DNA of 63,932 bases, filler included, from Vannella sp. (GCA_023345925.1; 6 parts of 6 records of this genome joined end to end with filler, not necessarily neighbours in it), one strand, 5' to 3'. Shown: positions 1-11,043, counted from the first letter of the whole stretch. Made by a program: numbers and translations. Notes: generated by a model from the letters alone, not told the origin.

Positions 1-101
1 GAGCTTCTGTCACTGTCCTCCTCATCCTCAAAATGTGTCCACAGTTCCATATAGGTTTTCTTTTTTGTCCCGAGAAAATCCACGAACGTGGATTTTCTGC
101 G

Positions 102-506
102 TCAAGGCCTTTTCGTACCAACCGGTGAACTGGCAAGGTAACCTTTATTCGTCAACTCCCCAACCAGAATCGAACTAACAGCACTTTTGCTTCTTTCCAT
201 AATGGCTTTAACGGCGCGAACACGTTTGATAGCTTCTTCTCGGTCATTTCCATGGACATACGTGGTGTTTCTCTGTCCATGCCTGTGCATCAGGTTAGTT
301 AGGGGATGTTCAACCTCTGCAAAGAGAGGAAAGTTGGTGACAGGATCCCGTCCAGAACAATCGGGAATTAAGCCCCCAAACTCCAGCACTGGCTTGGCAA
401 GTACGAACGAAAGAAGAACATCTTTCCTTACCCGTTTGGGAGAGAGAGGATCATGTCCATGTCCCCAAGCGCGAGAAAACAATGGCTGCTTAGTTGCCCG
501 CTCCAA
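102..506 (-). CDS. Possible exon of an unidentified minus-strand gene, probably spliced and running off the window start
   Basis: 134-aa ORF with plausible GT/AG sites near its stop and open frames continuing to position 1; no recognisable motif. Confidence 0.3.
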   Translation of the reverse strand: MERATKQPLFSRAWGHGHDPLSPKRVRKDVLLSFVLAKPVLEFGGLIPDCSGRDPVTNFPLFAEVEHPLTNLMHRHGQRNTTYVHGNDREEAIKRVRAVKAIMERSKSAVSSILVGELTNKGYLASSPVGTKRP

Positions 507-1005
507 TCGGTTGCGAGGCTTCCAGCAACTTGAGATTCAGGTAATCATCGGCTTGCTTCTATGAAAGAGCCACACCAGACCGTGTGAAGCCGACGCCCAG
601 AACATGGGCAACGCAGATCGCCGATTTCAAAGATCGAGCAGAAGAGCGCGAGTCTTCCGATTCTTTGGTATTCTGTGGGGCAACACCATAAAGGACTCTT
701 GCCATGTTCAAGAACTTGCTGACCACTTAGAGAGACCTTTTATCAGAATTGAGATTCCTTTGCAATTTCTCTTTCGTGTGAGGACAAGGCTGTCGACGCT
801 GGGGGACGATTTTGGCATCATTGTTTTCGGTACTACTATTGGACTCGTGCAGATACAAGCACACATCTTTCAGGCCCCTTCTACACCGAGAAATCGGGCG
901 TTTGGGGAAAAGTTGGAAAATTCTGTGCCCAGCCGTGGATCAACCCTCATTACGTCAACAAGTACATAAAGGTGATTTGAAAAGGGCTTGCCAGACCTCC
1001 ATTTA

Positions 1006-4000
1006 ATGACAAGCCCTTCCCCACTCCCGTCCCCTGAGAAGGGGCGAGTGCAGGAGGCACTCTCGGAGGGGGATGGAAGCGATGCCACCGATGAATCATC
1101 ATCGAAGGGGGATTTACGCGCGCAGGTTGAGGGTTTGGTTCCTTTTGATGCGAACTCAACGGAAGCGGGAAGGGATTGGCCGTTCCTTTCCGAAAGCGAT
1201 GGCTTGGACTCGAACCTGCCTCCAATGGAGGAGGGGAGTGTAAGTGAGTACTCCAAGGAGCTCTTTTGTCAACCTGGCGACAACCTGAAGCGGGAAGTGC
1301 GCCAAAGACAACGCTTCTGCGACGGGGTCACGGAAGACGTTCTCCTTTCCCTCAGCCGCTCAGAGAGAGCTCGCCAAGAGGCTATCTTTGAACTCATCGC
1401 TACAGAGACCAACTACGTAGCTGATCTCCACCTCATTGAAGAGCATTTCATCGCCCCTTTGCTCGAACTTGACATCCTCAGCAAGGACGAGATCTACGCC
1501 GTCTTTATCAACTGGAGAGCAATAATCCCGATCAATGAAGCCTTCTGCCTTGACCTACGAGCCTGTCAGAGCGAAACGCCAGTCGTAAACGACGTTTCCC
1601 ACATTCTGATGAGTCACATGAGCCACTTTGACGCTTATGTCGAGTATTGCAGCAAACATTCGTTTGCTATGAAGCGAGTTGGTGAGTATTCGGAACGGTC
1701 AGAGCGGTTTCGAGACTTTCTTGCGGAAACCAAGAAAGGGGTGCGAGAGACACTTCAAGGTTACTTGGTTAAGCCTTTCCAGCGCCTCACAAGGTACCCA
1801 ATGCTCCTTCAGGCTATCTTAAAGAACACTCCGAAGGATCATTCTAGCCGATTCAACTTGACTTTGGCCTGGAATGATGCAAAGAATCTTGCTTTACGCG
1901 CAAACGCTCAATTGCAGCTGGAGGAAGAGCGGGCATTCGCCGTGGAAGTTTGGAAACAGCTGCAGCAGAGTCAATGTGCAGACTCTTTGCTTCAGGCTTC
2001 ATCACTGAGGCTATTCCAAAGGTCTCTTGACAACTCATCTCTCGGTTCTGAGCAGAATCCGATGTCCCGCGTTATGTTCTCTGGTCGAGCGCAAATGATA
2101 CGAAATGGAACATTCCCTTTTGAAGGCCACGTCTATCTCTTCAACGACTGTTTGTTCCTGGTGAAAGGCCGTGAGGAGAGGTCATTCACTCCTGTACAGC
2201 GTATTCCGGTCCAAGATCTCTTAATAGTCTCTCAAAGCAACAAAACAGAGAGTATCAGTGATCGCAAATTGTCCGTAGTCCATGGAAAACCTCGCGGGCA
2301 AAGGAGTATAGGACATTCCGAACGCGAGGCCCGAAATACTGAGTTGGAAAAGCATACTGACTCTGTTCTTATCTTACAGAGTTGGTGGAGAATGAAAGGG
2401 CCAAGAACTCAATTCTTCCAACGGCAGGAGAACTCCCGAAAAGCTCTTTTGATCTTTCAAAAGCTGGACATCCAGGAAGGATCTTTTTCGAAGCGGTTCT
2501 CTCTTCTATGGGAAATGATGGATCCCCTTTGTAACAATGACGATCTCCGAGTCCTTTTCGTTCCCATCATGGACGCTCAGAAAATCTCCAAAAACTCCAA
2601 AACTTTTTCTACAAACCTTGCTCTTGTCGTCAACGATTGGAATCACCAGCAAAGAAAAGGAGTTGGGACTCTCTTTAACCTTTGGATTCGAACTCTTCCT
2701 TTCTTTCGCACCTATCTGGAGGGTTTGGTTGCGATAGAGAGCGCTCTTTGCAATCTTCACGCAGATTCCCCTGAACTCAACGATCTTATTCATAACACAG
2801 AGCGCTCAAAAAGGCTCATTCCTGACACTTTCTATGAGCTTTTGAAACTTCCTTCACAGCAAATCGCTGCTTATGAAGAGATAATGCGCGGGTTGATCAG
2901 TACAATTCCAGTTTCTCATCCAGATAACGCTCTGGCCAAGAGTACGAAGGAAGCTATTGACGACCTCCATTTATTCGCCAAAACTTCTTCCGAAAAGTCT
3001 ATCAATACCTTAAAGATGAGGCAAGCCCAGGCTCGTCTATCAGGAATTGATATTAGTCAAGAAGGTCGCGTTCTTGTCCGTGAAGGCACTCTAGAGATGC
3101 TTCCAGACGGTACAACGAAACATCTATTTCTTTTCAGTGATATCTTGATAGTCGCTGAAGCTCCATTGACAAGATCTGAAGATGATAATCTTGGAGAAAA
3201 GCTGAAAATTCGGAATCAATTCAAATTGAGTGACATTTCGGTCATAGATCTGAATGACTTATATTTTCAAGTGGTTGAGCTTCTTAGTAATCGCGTGCTG
3301 CTGTTCAAAACACCTCGTAACATATTCAAACGGCGTTGGGTAAAGGAATTAGGAGACGGCATTTCTCAGAACTCGAAGCCCTCCAAGAAGACTTGTGTGA
3401 GCTCAACTTTGTTTTCTGCGCTTGAAGGCGCAGCCACAGGAGAATTATCTCGCCGAAACACTCGCGCCAAGAGAACGAATTCTAACCCGTTAGAGGACCC
3501 CCGAATGGGGACTGTAGAGCTCCATACCCGCTCGGACCGTTGGATACTGCGTTTCCCTGACAACCAAAAGAACGCCTTAGAGTTCACTGAGAAGGTCACT
3601 CGCGCCATATCCGCAATGAGCCAAGAGAGTTTAGAGTTCCTCACGAAGCGCATGGAGCCCTTCTCCTTCAAAGAAAAGGAAGAGCAAGCGCTTGGAGAGA
3701 CTCAGAAACATTTTTTGGTTCCTTTGGCTCATTCTGTGACGCAGGCAGCTCGTAAAGCACATTGCCGCACTCTGATGGGTCGTGAACGACTGCAATTAAT
3801 GAAGCAGAGAGCTGGCCGTATCGAAATGCAGACCATGTTTTTAGCTTCTCAGATCTTGCAACGGCCAGAATGCGTTTTATCCGTTCCACCGATAACAGTG
3901 CCGTTCTTTGCCGGATCACCTTCTCCCACTCGGCAGTCTAATCGATTCATGAATTTGCTTAGTGGGAGAGAGAAAGGGGCTTCCCTGCCAAGAAGAGCCG

Positions 4001-4857
4001 GTGCACTATTACGAGAAGCATCAGATCCTGCTCCTGCGCGCTCTACACGACCTTCCCTCTCCTCCAATAAGTCCACTCCTTCGCAACTTGTGGTCGAAGT
4101 AGAATCTAGTAGATCTATTGAGACAGAACTCACTGCCAATACCAGTAGAATGGAGATGATTGAGTCCCAGAACGAAATTCTGACCCAAACTTTGGTCTCT
4201 CAGACAAAGAAGATCAAAAAGCTGGAGGATTTGGCCGAGCAGCTCCAATCCCACCACAAAGAACAGCAAGCTACCATCCAGGCACTTCAAGAATCACTTT
4301 CCAAACTCACAAAAGATCATGAGCGGGAGAAAAAGAAGCGAAGAGCCTCTCGGCTCAGAACGAGAACACGAGCCAAAGTCTCTGATGGGTCCACTCTGGA
4401 TGACCAAGACAAAAGCCAAATCTCTCTAGACTGCCTCAAGAACACTGCCGTGGAAGAGACAAAGCTAACAAGCCCACCCAACTCTTTCCCAATAGAAGAA
4501 GATACTTTGCCAGAGGAAGAACCCTCCTTGGACTCCGAGCCAAAGACTATTCCGTTGTCTTCATCATCCAATTCTCTCAAATCACAAGCAACCTACTTAA
4601 AGAGATCCTTGAGAAGGAGTTTGATCCCCTTGGGAAGGTCGAAAGTATCGAAGAAAGAAACGGATTCCGGAACCGATTTGCATTCTCCCTCGAATCACCT
4701 GTTGGTGCCAATGACAAGCAGAGACCACATTTCTAGCCAGAACCTAAAGCAAGAAGACGTAGCAGATCCTCCAAAAGACCATTTTACACCGGAATTGAAG
4801 ACAAAACGTCCCCGCAAAAAGTCCCATTCCAAAGGACAGGACACACTCGCACATTGA
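1006..4857 (+). CDS. RhoGEF with tandem DH domains, PH domains, an IQ-like motif and a C-terminal coiled coil
   Basis: DH motifs RQEAIFELIATETNYVADL and YLVKPFQRLTRYPMLL; IQ-like LILQSWWRMK; second divergent DH (LLKLPSQQIAAYEEIM, HPDNALA); PH VLVREGTL..HLFLFSDILIV. First ATG at 1006; intronless. Confidence 0.9.
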   Translation: MTSPSPLPSPEKGRVQEALSEGDGSDATDESSSKGDLRAQVEGLVPFDANSTEAGRDWPFLSESDGLDSNLPPMEEGSVSEYSKELFCQPGDNLKREVRQRQRFCDGVTEDVLLSLSRSERARQEAIFELIATETNYVADLHLIEEHFIAPLLELDILSKDEIYAVFINWRAIIPINEAFCLDLRACQSETPVVNDVSHILMSHMSHFDAYVEYCSKHSFAMKRVGEYSERSERFRDFLAETKKGVRETLQGYLVKPFQRLTRYPMLLQAILKNTPKDHSSRFNLTLAWNDAKNLALRANAQLQLEEERAFAVEVWKQLQQSQCADSLLQASSLRLFQRSLDNSSLGSEQNPMSRVMFSGRAQMIRNGTFPFEGHVYLFNDCLFLVKGREERSFTPVQRIPVQDLLIVSQSNKTESISDRKLSVVHGKPRGQRSIGHSEREARNTELEKHTDSVLILQSWWRMKGPRTQFFQRQENSRKALLIFQKLDIQEGSFSKRFSLLWEMMDPLCNNDDLRVLFVPIMDAQKISKNSKTFSTNLALVVNDWNHQQRKGVGTLFNLWIRTLPFFRTYLEGLVAIESALCNLHADSPELNDLIHNTERSKRLIPDTFYELLKLPSQQIAAYEEIMRGLISTIPVSHPDNALAKSTKEAIDDLHLFAKTSSEKSINTLKMRQAQARLSGIDISQEGRVLVREGTLEMLPDGTTKHLFLFSDILIVAEAPLTRSEDDNLGEKLKIRNQFKLSDISVIDLNDLYFQVVELLSNRVLLFKTPRNIFKRRWVKELGDGISQNSKPSKKTCVSSTLFSALEGAATGELSRRNTRAKRTNSNPLEDPRMGTVELHTRSDRWILRFPDNQKNALEFTEKVTRAISAMSQESLEFLTKRMEPFSFKEKEEQALGETQKHFLVPLAHSVTQAARKAHCRTLMGRERLQLMKQRAGRIEMQTMFLASQILQRPECVLSVPPITVPFFAGSPSPTRQSNRFMNLLSGREKGASLPRRAGALLREASDPAPARSTRPSLSSNKSTPSQLVVEVESSRSIETELTANTSRMEMIESQNEILTQTLVSQTKKIKKLEDLAEQLQSHHKEQQATIQALQESLSKLTKDHEREKKKRRASRLRTRTRAKVSDGSTLDDQDKSQISLDCLKNTAVEETKLTSPPNSFPIEEDTLPEEEPSLDSEPKTIPLSSSSNSLKSQATYLKRSLRRSLIPLGRSKVSKKETDSGTDLHSPSNHLLVPMTSRDHISSQNLKQEDVADPPKDHFTPELKTKRPRKKSHSKGQDTLAH

Positions 4858-4894
4858 ACAGCTTTGTTAAAACACTCACTCCTGTATTGGGAGA

Positions 4895-5950
4895 CTAGAA
4901 AAGGGTAAAGAAAGGATGCTTTAAGGCTTCCGAAGCACTCAAGCGTTGCGAAGGATTGAGAGCGACAAGCTTCCACAGCAGGTCGATGCCATCCGCCCCT
5001 AATAGAGGAAGAAGCCTCTCTGTTAATACACCCGTCGAATCCTGAGAAGCCCTGTAGACCAAAGAACGCATGAGGGGCAGGTCAAACGCTTCTGGATAGA
5101 AAGTGGCGGAAGGACTTCCCAGTAACTGGAAGATGGCCTCCACTTGATCCAGTTCCGTTACCCCCGAGAAGAGCTCCTTTCGTAAGGCCATCTCCGCAAA
5201 GACACAACCAACAGCCCACATGTCTGCGGAACACTCGCAAGAATGAGATCCCAGAAGCATCTAACTTCGTGTGAGGGCCGTTCTAGCTGAGTGGAGGGTT
5301 TCAGTACCTCTGGTGAACGATAGTAGAGCGTAGTACACTGAAAGGAAGTGACCCGACGGGTTCCTCCTCGCTGTGCAACTCCAAAGTCTGCCAGTTGGAG
5401 GACTCCCGTTGCGTCAAGGAGGATGTTGTCTGGCTTGATGTCTTGGTGAACGGCTCCATGCAAGTGGCAGAACTCCAAAGCACAGAGCAGCTGGAACAAG
5501 TAACTCTAAACACACAGCGTTAGAGTGAGACCTCTTCGCGGACCAGAGCCTCACTCGAATGAGCTCCCTAGAGAGTGTAGTGCTTCGTATGTGCTTCTTC
5601 AAGTCACGTTCTCGATACTCCAAGACCAAATAGATGCCCTGCACCCCGTAAACTACCTCCAAGAGGCTGTTCGTCCAATTTCCTAGTTAGAGACGTCTTC
5701 CAGAGAGTGATAGTAACAGATGTACGCACCTCACGATGTTGGGATGCTGGTATTGACGCAGGAAAGTGATTTCTCGGAGAGCAGTAGTCGGGACACCGTC
5801 TTCCTCGCTGCTGGGAACCTTCTTAATGGCCACCACTTGCCTACTCGTGTTGCAAGTAGCCTTATGAACAACGCTGTGGCCTTGGAAGAGCGTCTCCCCT
5901 CGGGCGTATCGCCCCCAGACGGTACTGGGACTCGCGCTGGGCCAGTCCAT
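4895..5950 (-). CDS. Divergent CDK-family Ser/Thr kinase (4 exons)
   Basis: VAIKK, EDGVPTTALREI (PSTAIRE-like), HQDIKPDN, LADFG, TLYYRSPE and ADMWAVGCVFAEM, assembled across GT-AG introns. Confidence 0.88.
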
Positions 5951-5994
5951 GAAACAATGATGTAAACAAGAAGCTTTATGAGTCTTGGCAAGGC

Positions 5995-7178
5995 TCAGTT
6001 GTCAGTCAAAGCGACGCTGGTGATCGCTTTGGAGTGTCCGGTGTACTGACGAATAGAGCTCCCTTGTGCGATGTCCCAGAGGCGCGCTGTTTGGTCTGAA
6101 GAAGCTAGAATAGGTGCTGTGAGTGGAGAAGAGGAGACAGGGAGGCGGGGAGCGTACCGGAGACGAGATAGGCCGAGTCGACGGAGAAGACACAGTCCCA
6201 CACCCATTTGGCGTGGCCTTTGAGCTCTTTGGCAACGGCCCACTCTCCTTCCTTACTCTGTGCCCAAATCTTGATGGTCTTATCGGAGGAGGAAGTCGCC
6301 ATCAGCCTGTAAACCGTCAGAATGGGATAGAAAGGAGCGAGAGCGCCTCTCACTTTGAGTTGGGGCTGAAGGTGACCTTGAGGAGATAAGCAGTGTGAGC
6401 TTGGAACTTCTGGATGAGTTGCATCTCTGCAGTGGAGGAGTCAGCGCTCCAAGTGAACACTGCGCCCTTATTATTGGCTGCCACCGCCAAAGTCCCATTT
6501 GGCGCGTAGCAGACGGACCGAAGGGCGTTCTCTCCTTCGGGATTCGTCTCTGTACGGCAACTTCCTGCAGTCAAGTCCCAGATACGGACGGTCCCGTTCT
6601 GCTGGGCTGAGATAAGCTCGGCTTGGTTCGGGTGGAGGGCCACTGAGTTGACTGCAGAGCCCGCATCGAACTTTCTTTGACTCCCTGAAGCTCTTTGAGG
6701 TTCCCAAAGGTGTGAGTTTAACCACCCAGGGCGAAGGGAAGGAAAGGTAAGGAGCTGCTCACCGCAAGTCCCAGATCTTGATGGAGCCATCCTCTGAGCC
6801 ACTGTACATCCACTTTCCATCATTCTGAAAGCCTATTGAAGTTACATTGCCAGTATGCCCGTCAAAACTCGTGATCTGACGACCATCAGCGACTCCGAAG
6901 CAGTTTAAGGGACTCCCTTACCGGACTGCTGTTGTTAGTGGCCACTTCGAAGAGACGGATGTAAGGGTTCCCTCCTGCAGCAATGCTCTGCTTATCCGGG
7001 GAAATGCGAAGGCAATTCACTTGCTAACACCTCCCATCAGCACCTCCTCCTCCTCCCCTTCCCCGCCTACTGTGTCTCCAGAGCCCATTTGAATCGTACG
7101 GTAGCATGTGCTACTTGGCGCCTCCCAGAAGCGAATCGTGTGGTCATAACCAGCAGTGGCCAGAATCACGCTGCGCAT
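5995..7178 (-). CDS. MLST8: TOR complex subunit LST8 (WD40), multi-exon
   Basis: [20 protein letters not shown] at ATG 7178; [66 protein letters not shown]. Confidence 0.95.
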
Positions 7179-7288
7179 CCCCTCAGTCCCGGACTTGAAA
7201 AAATGACAAAATCATTAAATCTATTCAAAGTTAATTTGTGAGAGGATTTGAGGTCGGAAACTCATTTTTATTTGGGAGCGAGTTGGGG

Positions 7289-7570
7289 ATGTCGTCGGAG
7301 GTGAAGATCAAGCTCATTGACATGTCTGATGAGATGAAGGAAGACGCCGTTCATACAGCAGTGAAGGCGATCGCAGAGTCCGCTACAGAGAGAGACATCG
7401 CGAAGAGCTTGAAAGAGTACTTTGATATCAAGTACGAAGCTGCTTGGCATTGTATCGTTGGCAAAGCCTTTGGAAGCTTCGTGACGCACGAGACCAAATG
7501 CTTTATCTTCTTCACTGTGAGCGGGTACACCATCCTGCTCTGGAAGAACGGCTTTTCCTCAGCAAAGTAG
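7289..7570 (+). CDS. DYNLL1: Dynein light chain LC8
   Basis: DMSDEMKEDA..ERDIAKSLKEYFDIKYEAAWHCIVGKAFGSFVTHETKCFIFF, the canonical LC8 signature. Confidence 0.93.
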   Translation: MSSEVKIKLIDMSDEMKEDAVHTAVKAIAESATERDIAKSLKEYFDIKYEAAWHCIVGKAFGSFVTHETKCFIFFTVSGYTILLWKNGFSSAK

Positions 7571-7643
7571 GCCCCCGCACCCTCACGTGTGTATAAATAC
7601 CTCCCTTGGCACTACAGAGGAGCCTTCAAGCACTTATATAGAC

Positions 7644-8828
7644 CTAATGAGCCGTTGGCGCAAGAGAAGGAGAGTTACAGAGTAAAGCAGCGTTCTGTGG
7701 AAGAGAAGAAGGCGAGCATTCGCTAAAGGACATGGCAGGAGAGAGCTGGCGCTTGAGAGGAGGTGTCAAGTCCAAGTCACGTTGCCGCTTCGATCCGGAG
7801 AGGGGTTTGACTTGGCTCGTGGATTCAGGAGTGAGCTCTGCCTTTGTAGTGAGCTCATCTGCATTTTGAGAGAGTCCTGTTGAGTCAGCAATCTGACACC
7901 CCTTTGTGTGCCGCTCCATCGAGTACTTGGTCGCGAAAGTCTTCCCACAAACGGGACACAAAGCGGCTGTACTCTTCTCGTGTGAGATCTTGATGTGCTG
8001 CTCCAATGCCAGTCTCTAATAGGCTTGTTGGTGAGTACACGGAAGGGTGGACATGGGGATCTTACGGAGAACAAGGCGCGCCCACAAGGTGGGTCTCCGA
8101 ATGTACAAGTGAATTCGTTGTACTCGTGGGTTTCCTCGTGTCTCTTGAGAGATGAGGCATCTTTAAACGCTTTGCCACACTCTTCACACTCGAAAGAGCG
8201 AGAAGGAAGGTGTTCTGACTGCATATGTGACTTGAGTTGGCTAGAAGTAAGGAAGGTAGCACCGCAGCCCTTCTCTCCACAAAGGAATTTGCTTTCTCTC
8301 AGTGTGATGTCATGTGTCTCCTTATGCCGCTTGATCTGGCTCGGGTAATCAAACTCAAAAGTGCATTGGGCCGAAGTGACGGGGTCGATGTAGTCACATG
8401 GATAGGGTTTACGGCCTGTGTGGATGCAGCTGTGTCGCTGTAGTTGACTCCTCTTTGAGAAAGAAGCTGTGCAGTCAGGGAACGTGCAAGAATGGGGTTT
8501 TGGGCGACTATGTGCCTCGAGGTGCCTATTGAGATGCTGTGATGTGTAATACCGCTGATCGCAACCTGGTTCTGTGCAAGCGTATGGCTTTTCTTGTGAA
8601 TGGGTCAACATATGCCGCTTAACATGAGTCTTCCGGCTAAACCGCTTATCGCAACCCTCCTGAGGACAAGCAAACGGTCTCTGCTCGCTCCATTACTCCC
8701 CCTTCTCCTCCCTCACCACCTTCAACACATACCTCACCCATATGATCCAACAAATGAGTCTCCAGCTTCCCCTGGCGATCAAACGAGACCCCGCAATCCT
8801 CGTGGAAGCAAACAAACGATCGTGGCAT
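7644..8828 (-). CDS. GTF3A: Transcription factor IIIA-like protein with nine C2H2 fingers (3 exons)
   Basis: Nine fingers after splicing. Finger helices (KTHVKRH, TSQHLNRH, RSQLQRH, SSQLKSHMQSEH) follow the TFIIIA/Pzf1 order; the last finger ends H..C. Confidence 0.78.
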
Positions 8829-8967
8829 TCCGAACCCCGCACCCAATTAATGACAATTCGATTTTTCCGTTTCCCGCACATCGAATAACCTTTTGAATTG
8901 AATGGGAGTCATAACCCAAACTTGGTGATAATCAGGTCATTATCACAGAGGCGAGGAGGGAGAGAGC

Positions 8968-10827
8968 ATGTTCAACACGTCCGTGGCCCGCGATGTGGCC
9001 TCTCCTTTGGTGGTATTCTCGAATAAACTGCAGGAGCTCACACTGAACTCAAAGCCTCTCATTGATGCGCTGGCTTTGATAGCGAAACAGAACGAAACTT
9101 TGGCGAAGGAGATCATCTCTTGCATTGAGTTGCGCTTGCTTACGGTGAGTTTGCAGTGATCCTTCCCTTGACCTCTGTTTCACTGACATTTTTACGCATT
9201 TATCTCACTCCCAGTGCCCCATTGAACACTGCTTACCTACCATCTACCTTGTGGACGCCCTGATCAAGACGGGACAACCTTACAAGGGCCTCTTTCGCCC
9301 GAAAGTCGCTGATATCTTCGATGGAACATACAAGCGTGTTGATATGGCGGTTCGAGTGAAGCTCTGTCAGCTCCTTGGTACGTGGCCCGTCCAATATGGC
9401 TACGAGATGACCGCAGATATTTGCTACCGCATCCACGGAGTAAACTTCCACCCAACACCCCAAGTAAGTACTGACAGAGCAATCTGGCCCACTCAATCTG
9501 ATTGCCTTGGCAGCCTGAGCTGGCCATCCGCGCTTTGGATGTTTTGCACCGATCTAGAATGACCGGGGATGTCTTCATTCCTGCTCCTATTCCCATCCAA
9601 GCACCTCCACCGATGCCCATATCCCAACTGGCAGTAAGTTTGTATTCTGATGAAAGGCAGGCGAACTGACGGATTCTTGATTAGCCTGTGATTCCGGTTA
9701 TGAATCCTTATCCTCCTCATCTTGTGCCTTATCAAAATACTGGTCCTCCGTTAGGGCCCAGTCCCCCTTCCTATCCCGTTTATCAGGCAAATTACCAGGA
9801 ACAGCAACAGCAACACAATGGCTCCCATTCGTTCCAAAATCAGTTTCCTTCCGGTCCAGCCGAGAATCAGAATCACCCCGCGAAGCAGCAGCAGCAGAGA
9901 AAGCGGTTTGTTGGAATCAAGTTTACGGAGAATGAGTTGCGAGAGTCTCCTGATGTTATTATTCGCCGTTTGTATGAGGCGGCAGGTGAGCCTTGCAGTA
10001 CATGCGGGTATCGTTTCAAGGACAAGGAGAAGAAAGCCACCCATTTGGACTGGCACTTTCGGAAGAACAGCGAAGAGAAGAAACGCTCTACGAAAGCGGC
10101 TTCCCGTGATTGGTTCTATCCACTGGAGGAATGGAAGGAATACCAAAGCCTGGAAGAGATTGTATCAGGTAATAATAGTGATGTGGAGCTGAGTGGTGGC
10201 TGAATCAGATGAACAGTGTCTCCGGCTTTCTTTGGAGTAGAGGCATCTCCGAAACCAACTGCAGATGCTCCGGCCAGTAAAGTACTGAAGGACGAGAGCC
10301 AAGTTATCTGTGAAGTTTGCAACGAGAAGTTCACAACCCATTACGACAGCGATGAAGAAGAGTGGGTCTATCGTGGTGTTCTCCGAAGTGAAGAGAACAA
10401 TCGCATTTATCATGTGAACTGCTTTGAATCACTCCGTTACAGTCAGGACGGGGACAGCTTAACCCATTCTCTTGTGGAGGGGGATGACGATGCGAATTCC
10501 TTTTTGGGAAAACGAGAGTCGTTTGAAGGGAGACTCGATTACGATGAAGTCCTGGATGATAGCAACCAGGAGCCAGACAGCAAAAAGGTAAAGGTTGAGA
10601 TAGAATCCTTGTCGCCTGAGCATCTCTCCGAGCCTCCACCAGAACAGATTTGCGAATCAGTATCTGAACATCCTGCAGAGCAGGTCCTGGAGAGCATTCC
10701 AGAGCAGGTCCAGATCTTAGAGCAAACTGCGCCACAGCAGATGAAAGAAGAGATGCCAAAGAGTACATTAGTGGAGATACCAGATATGATCATGATTGAC
10801 CCTGCCTGCTTGCCAGAAATCATTTAG
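8968..10827 (+). CDS. PCF11: Cleavage/polyadenylation factor Pcf11, multi-exon
   Basis: CID N-terminus LQELTLNSKPLIDAL..IYLVDALIK; zinc fingers CSTCGYRF..HLDWHFRKN..SRDWF and CEVCNEKF..DEEEWVY..YHVNC. Confidence 0.92.
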
Positions 10828-10890
10828 TGAAGTGATAAACAAACAAATTCAATTCAATCGGCTCGTTCCGAGGCCAAGTCTCTTGTGAAT

Positions 10891-11043
10891 GAAGACTCCA
10901 CGAACCAAGTTCCAAAACTCGTGTTTGCGTCCTAAGAGTGTCCTGATGACCTCCATCTCTTCAGGATAAGCGTTTGAGCTGATTTCATTTTTTGAGTTTT
11001 GGGTGCTTCGAAGGACCCAAATGACGCCCGTGACTCTCAAAAC
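10891..11043 (-). repeat. Copy A of a dispersed structured intergenic element (28-nt core at 10943-10970)
   Basis: Core identical to 52732-52759 and 27/28 identical to the reverse complement of 36937-36964; shared flanking blocks in the same order. Confidence 0.9.

Noticed and set aside
500..860. Stop-codon reassignment suggested by TAA/TAG within coding-looking frames
   Set aside because: Conserved genes end properly at TAA, TAG and TGA (Rpt1, LC8, LST8); short introns explain such breaks.
10943..10982. Element core read on the other strand as a hammerhead ribozyme or C/D snoRNA (CTGATGA..CTGA)
   Set aside because: No stem II plus GAAA. The C-to-D span is only ~40 nt, the putative guide differs between copies and copy C lacks the CTGA.
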